DNA of 64,000 nt from Eledone cirrhosa (lineage: Eukaryota). The position numbers and the translations under genes were made by a program. Within the stretch, counting starts at the first letter, position 1; every line of letters begins with the position of its first letter. The stretch covers positions 83,514,001 to 83,578,000 of the forward strand of contig OZ024741.1 in the NCBI GenBank assembly GCA_964016885.1, written 5' to 3'. The notes below the pieces were generated by a model. That model was not told where the DNA came from. It saw only the letters and a list, made by a program, of their open reading frames with translations, and did no database searches. This document shows positions 57,901-64,000 of this stretch, piece after piece.

Positions 57901-58146
57901 CAACACTGGGCGGAACTAAAAGAACGAAAAAACGGGTCAGTACTATACGAACATGCTAGACAACAACATGACGGTAACATAGACAACATAGAAATTAGAA
58001 TAATATCTAAACATAGGAATGACCCAGCAGATAGGCAAATCAGAGAGGCCAGTGAAATAGAAATTAGAAGACCAAAGCTAAACAGAAAGAATGAGTGGAA
58101 CAACAACAACACCCAAACAAACAACACTGACCTAAGAGAAGTATAA
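54919..58146 (+). CDS. PLE reverse transcriptase/GIY-YIG endonuclease open frame (1075 aa; N-terminus truncated and chimeric)
   Basis: PTDKSG, LYGLRKDHK, RPVCG, SMDVVSLYPSI, GAAIG, SRYVDD, PVLD, C..C..C linker, NVVY..YLGETARS..R..H, R.IREA, LN; Asn-rich insert; no internal stops. Confidence 0.9.
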   Translation: MANFGGNRRICCSCSKLQERKTEYSQKYPDNIDNIRMTDVKLPEEFTNDHTVNIYGNTLIIEQEQQILRLPPKFAIYKKINPMECKTGLEKCFTKICWNAKVNNNNNNNGSSNINNNSGYRNNSHNHNNGRKVRNSDNGNNTSDRRNNNNHNNNNNRNVNHRHSNSDHSSNNGNNKNNNNNNHSGNNGNSTCSNINKNKKHNNSNNHNGRNNSNNNNNGEVNNHNGRNNSNNNNNNGEVNNNTSSNHNNNNNANDRNNNNNNNTHNYDDRYNDNPLEKLFFNPADKTYKMGNIYPTRLPFNKRVCIPQQIDDETEAQFTIARNKIRQVVDRYTKRQSRPEAQQLGRKPVEGLVSLKQRTRDVEVVCLPTDKSGRMSIDSMPNYIEAMQPHITNTSEVAQQTHDGRENILNAHMMMWTDILKPSRRTANNFQASNNGIPPLYGLRKDHKTVNDPTTGPPTRPVCGANKASNYRISYFLSMVIRPIIKMSPDVCESTEDLLSRISECNKNRSLSNCIIGSMDVVSLYPSINIDFAVKRCVEMIIESEVEFCDVDTDELGLLLRLTYDTDYLDSHDLRCFCPSRPIRGRPPTITSMAKKTRIGRWIGWTKAIRTPQNTDQVRKMVAHAIGASIKTTLKGHIFKFNEKIYTQNEGAAIGVSIAGDVAKLFMVWWERRLKDLLNESSIDLIMYSRYVDDINIVIRTPPLESTNKFELERSTMESIQQIANSIHQSITVPIDFPSKHPNNRLPVLDTELWINTIDERAQILHSHYAKPMASKYLILKNSAMSSSAKFNILIADLVRVMKNVSSMCDPTEMEGHIQHFINRMQFSGYNQRDRVRVYEGAMEKYKTLIELNMKGICPLYSSKSWNSLDRARHKIGKATSWYDNQRYQSVMFVDATPGGKLANQCRKALRKTHLKIKVVEKLGTTIKSLISKTYPFKKTHCTNRKCIICKVNPRINCKTRNVVYSIRCTEGTCRNMTTTYLGETARSIGERIDQHWAELKERKNGSVLYEHARQQHDGNIDNIEIRIISKHRNDPADRQIREASEIEIRRPKLNRKNEWNNNNTQTNNTDLREV

Positions 58147-58676
58147 ATAAGTAAATAAATAAAATAAAATAAAATAAGATAAATAAATACATACACAAGC
58201 ACAATAACAACAAGCACATAAACACACACTAGTCACCCAGCAGACACAACACTATACACACTAGTCACACAGCACACACAACACTGTACACACACGCAAA
58301 CGCATGCGCAAAGAAGACAAAATAAAAATAAAATAAACAAACAAGCAAATAAATAAATAAATATATAGACAGACTGAATCAAAAATGGCGTAGACATACA
58401 ACACAACAGGAGGAAAAAATATAACACCACTGACCATGTTGCAGATGTGCAACGAAAGATTTATGTAAATTATATAAACTATATATATGTGTTTGTGTCT
58501 ATATTGTATCTGTATTATTTTTGACCGTTGGTCAGTCAATGGCAACATTGAGGACCGAGCACGTTAGATCGCAGATATAAAAGACAGCGTGAAGCGAAAA
58601 CCAACGAAACAGTGAGTGTGTTCTGTTATTAATTCTGGCAATATTACGCAAATATGACCCTCCCCAAGTATAACAA
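54963..58676 (+). mobile_element. PLE of second lineage including 3' UTR
   Basis: ORF plus tail ending atgaccctccccaagtataac before (TA)n; tail also present at 52170-52425. Confidence 0.88.
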
Positions 58677-59236
<560 letters not shown>

Positions 59237-59675
59237 CGCTTCATGTTTATCTTTATTTTCATTCTTGTTTTTATTTTATTTTTATCCTGTAACCTTTATA
59301 TGTAAATTGCCATGCTATATCATTTGATGAATGTCACCCCACTGTTGATCAATATGCGCATATGTTTTATGTGTCTCTTGGGTTGAAAAGGAAGTCAAGT
59401 ATGTTATAGATCAGTAAATAGTTGCTCCGAAGAAACCAAACCTCGGTTTGGAGGAAACAATTGTAAGGAAATAAATGACTTAAACTGAACTTTGATTATT
59501 GTAATCTCTATATAACTGCTCTGTAAAACAACTGATGTTATTACATTGAACTATTTATCTTACTGGTAATAGGATAGTAATTAATGACTATCTTTCACTA
59601 TTTAGGGTTTGTGTATATATAATATATTACCATTAAAGGTTTTATTGCATACATAGCCATAAATAGTACCCTTAA

Positions 59676-59782
<107 letters not shown>

Positions 59783-59921
59783 GTAATAGGAAATACGTTC
59801 CTTCACGCTACGGCCCTTGATAAACCTGTTCTACATCATCCACTCTCATCCCAGGAACAGTTTTTGATAGCGCTAGTTTGTGATTTAAATTCAGGAATTT
59901 TATATTCTTTGAATGAAAAGA

Positions 59922-60005
59922 ACCTTCTGACGAGAATCTTTCTTTGCAACGAAGGCCGTATGGTCTCCGTTTTATTTTTGGGATTCGAAACCTATCGGTA
60001 AAGGT
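59922..60005 (+). ncRNA. Type I hammerhead ribozyme with long stem II
   Basis: acctt-CTGACGA-gaatc...gattc-GAAA-cctatcgg-TA-aaggt. Confidence 0.82.
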
Positions 60006-60404
60006 AACAATAGTAGGTAAAGTCAATTTTTTAAAATTTATTTTGAAACTTTTTCATTATTTACTAAACCTTGTTTATATTTGTTCTGGCTCGTTAATTT
60101 ATTAACCCGCCATTGAACCACACTGGCATTTGGTTGGACAATACATGCGTACATTGGCGCCTTGTGCGTGAAGGAACGTATTTCCTATTACTACTACCTC
60201 CACTAACGTTGAGAACAAATTTGGTCGTACTGACTGCTGCTAGCAATAGTTGTGGCTAGTTTGACCTACCCCCTTTTGCCTCTATCTTTGCTACGACCCT
60301 TAATAAACCTGTTCTACATCATCCACTCTCATCCCAGGAACAGTTTTTGATAGCGCTAGTTTGTGATTTAAATTCAGGAATTTTATATTCTTTGAATGAA
60401 AAGA

Positions 60405-60488
60405 ACCTGCTGACGAAAATCTTTCTTTGCAACGAAGGCCGTATGGTCTCCGTTTTATTTTTGGGATTCGAAACCGATCGGTAAAGGT
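60405..60488 (+). ncRNA. Type I hammerhead ribozyme with long stem II (second unit)
   Basis: acctg-CTGACGA-aaatc...gattc-GAAA-ccgatcgg-TA-aaggt. Confidence 0.75.
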
Positions 60489-60582
60489 AACTATAGTAGG
60501 TAAAGTCAATTTTTTAAAATTTATTTTGAAACTTTTTCATTATTTACTAAACCTTGTTTATATATATATATATGTATATATA

Positions 60583-60696
<114 letters not shown>

Positions 60697-60711
60697 CATA
60701 TATATATATAC

Positions 60712-60876
<165 letters not shown>

Positions 60877-60897
60877 CATTTATATATATACATATAT

Positions 60898-62650
60898 GTT
60901 CTTTGATGCCACAACACTACATCAAGAAATGGCAACCATCAACCACATAGACATAACGGAGGAGGATGTGGTGTACGCCATTGATGAAATTAGAACAGAC
61001 TCGGCTGCTGGACCTGATGGATTCCCAGCAGTTCTCCTAAAAATATGTAAGCGGGCCTTAGCAACTCCACTGAAGATGCTCTTCAGAAGTAACTTGGCTA
61101 GCGGTGTACTACCCAGGGAGCTGAAAGAAGGCACAATATGCCTATCCATAAAGGAGGTAGTAGAGCGGAGGCCAAGAACTATAGGCCAGTCTCCCTGATG
61201 TCGCATATCAGTAAGGTCATGGAGCGAGTCGTCAGAAAGAAACTAATCACTTTCCTCGAAGAAAACGACTGCCTGATTAGCACGCAACATGGCTTCCGCC
61301 CAGGAAGAAGCTGCCTTACACAGCTGCTACATCACTACGACTGGGTACTGAGACAACTACTAGACAGCTCACATGTGGACGTGATATATCTTGACTTTGC
61401 GAAGGCCTTTGACAAGGTCGACCACGGAATGATATGTCACAAACTACACGGTCTCGGCATAACTGGAAAAGTAGGTGAGTGGCTGCATGGCTTCCTAAGG
61501 GACAGAAGCCAGGCAGTCGCAGCAAATGGGGCCCTCTCGAGGGAAACACCGATAACAAGTGGGGTGCCCCAGGGGACAGTCCTGGGACGACTACTGTTTT
61601 TGGTGGCTCTCTCGGACATGCCCTCTGTGGTGCATGCAACAACATCCCTCACTAGCTATGCTGATGACACTAAGGTAGCACAGGCAATCAAAAACCCGGC
61701 TGACGCTGCCCTTTTACAGCAGGAACTGGATGCCATATACAGATGGGCGGAAGAAAACAACATGCAGTTTAATGCTGGCAAATTCCAAGCCCTACAATAC
61801 AAACCTGCAAACACAAATATAGTGCAACACAGCTACACAGGACCAGGAGGGACCGATATCCCCGTGTCAAAATCGATACGAGACCTGGGCATAGACATGA
61901 GCGATGATGCATCTTTTTCTTCACACATCATGAAGGTGGCGACAACATGTAGACGATTCGCTGGCTGGATCTTGAGGACTTTCCTTACAAGAGATCGAGA
62001 CACCATGTTGACACTGTGGAGGACTTTTGTCCTAAGCCGCCTGGACTACTGCTCCCAGCTGTGGTCACCCCATAGTGTCAAACTAACCACGGAGCTTGAG
62101 GCAATCCAGCGAAGCTACACCAAGAGGATTGCCAAGATGAGGGAGACAAGCTACTGGGAGAGGCTAAAGGAACTGAACCTCTACTCCTTGGAGCGAAGAC
62201 GGGAGAGATACGCAGTGATCTACATGTGGAAAATCCTGGAGGGACTAGCACCAAACTTTGGCATTGGGAGCTGGACCAACCGTCGAACAGGACGTCACTG
62301 TGTGGTGACAAAGGTCCCGTCTTCCACATCTAGAATAAGGAGCAGGTATTGCAATAGCCTGGGATTCAAGGGCCCTCAACTCTTCAACAGGCTGCCGAGG
62401 CATCTGAGAGACTTGCATGACGTGGAGGTGGATGTCTTTAAGAAACATCTCGACACCTTGTTATCCAGGATCCCGGATGGGCCCACAGCAAGACACGAGG
62501 GAAACCTAAGGGCAGCAGCAACAAACTCCCTCCTACACCAGTGGCCAACCTATACAGGCTGGAGATAAAATGTGTAGCAACAAGGGCGGTGCCCCAGCAT
62601 GGCCTCAGCCGGAAGGCTGAAACAGGTAAAAGAGTAAAAGAGTAAAAGAA
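60898..62650 (+). mobile_element. CR1-group LINE, 5'-truncated, with (AAAAGAGT)n tail
   Basis: 476-aa RT frame 61138-62568 (DFAKAFDKVDH, SGVPQGTVLG, YADDTK), one frameshift near 61140. Confidence 0.93.
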
Positions 62651-62693
62651 TATATATACATATATATATATATTTATATATACATATATATAT

Positions 62694-62920
62694 ACGATAT
62701 TAACAAGTGGAAACTATATTTATAAAACCATATTTATTTCATTATACATATTTCAAGGATACCAAGTTAAATTATGGTATGCCTTCATCACACAAAATAC
62801 AATATATACCAGTTTTATAAATACACATTGACGTACCCTTTCAAAATGCGACCGTTACTTTTAGAAGACATCAGGAAAGGGTACGTCAATGTTTATTTAT
62901 AAAACTGGTATATATTGTAT
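62694..62920. mobile_element. Fold-back HHR element, asymmetric copy (HHR relic 62735-62797 minus)
   Basis: Same family as 52941-53360; core reads GTGATGA. Confidence 0.75.
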
Positions 62921-62921
62921 T

Positions 62922-64000
<1,079 letters not shown>

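Overview
AT-rich eukaryotic (metazoan) repeat-dominated DNA with no recognisable host gene. The SINE type and very long (TA)n tracts suggest a cephalopod/octopus-like genome (inference). Contents: two head-to-tail Tx1/L1-clade LINEs in (GATA)n, a cluster of tRNA-derived SINEs, four CR1-group LINE pieces, and about ten Penelope-like element (PLE) copies or fragments from two lineages (Naiad-type, plus a second lineage with a 1075-codon open RT/GIY-YIG frame). The main hidden signal is about 33 type-I hammerhead ribozyme (HHR) motifs, read by eye, from about 14 sequence families. Most have palindromic stem III; several have non-canonical cores (U3-A8 covariant, GCAA in place of GAAA) or very long stem II. 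They sit in PLE 3' ends, in retrozyme-like tandem arrays (466 and 483 bp units), in ~75-bp solo cassettes, and in short non-coding head-to-head fold-back elements whose 3' tails abut (TA)n on both sides. Head-to-head chimeras of unrelated retroelements and short self-derived inversions at 5' junctions also recur, pointing to a (TA)n-associated fold-back or two-ended insertion mechanism. All structure calls are manual and untested; most short ORFs in the track are microsatellite artefacts.
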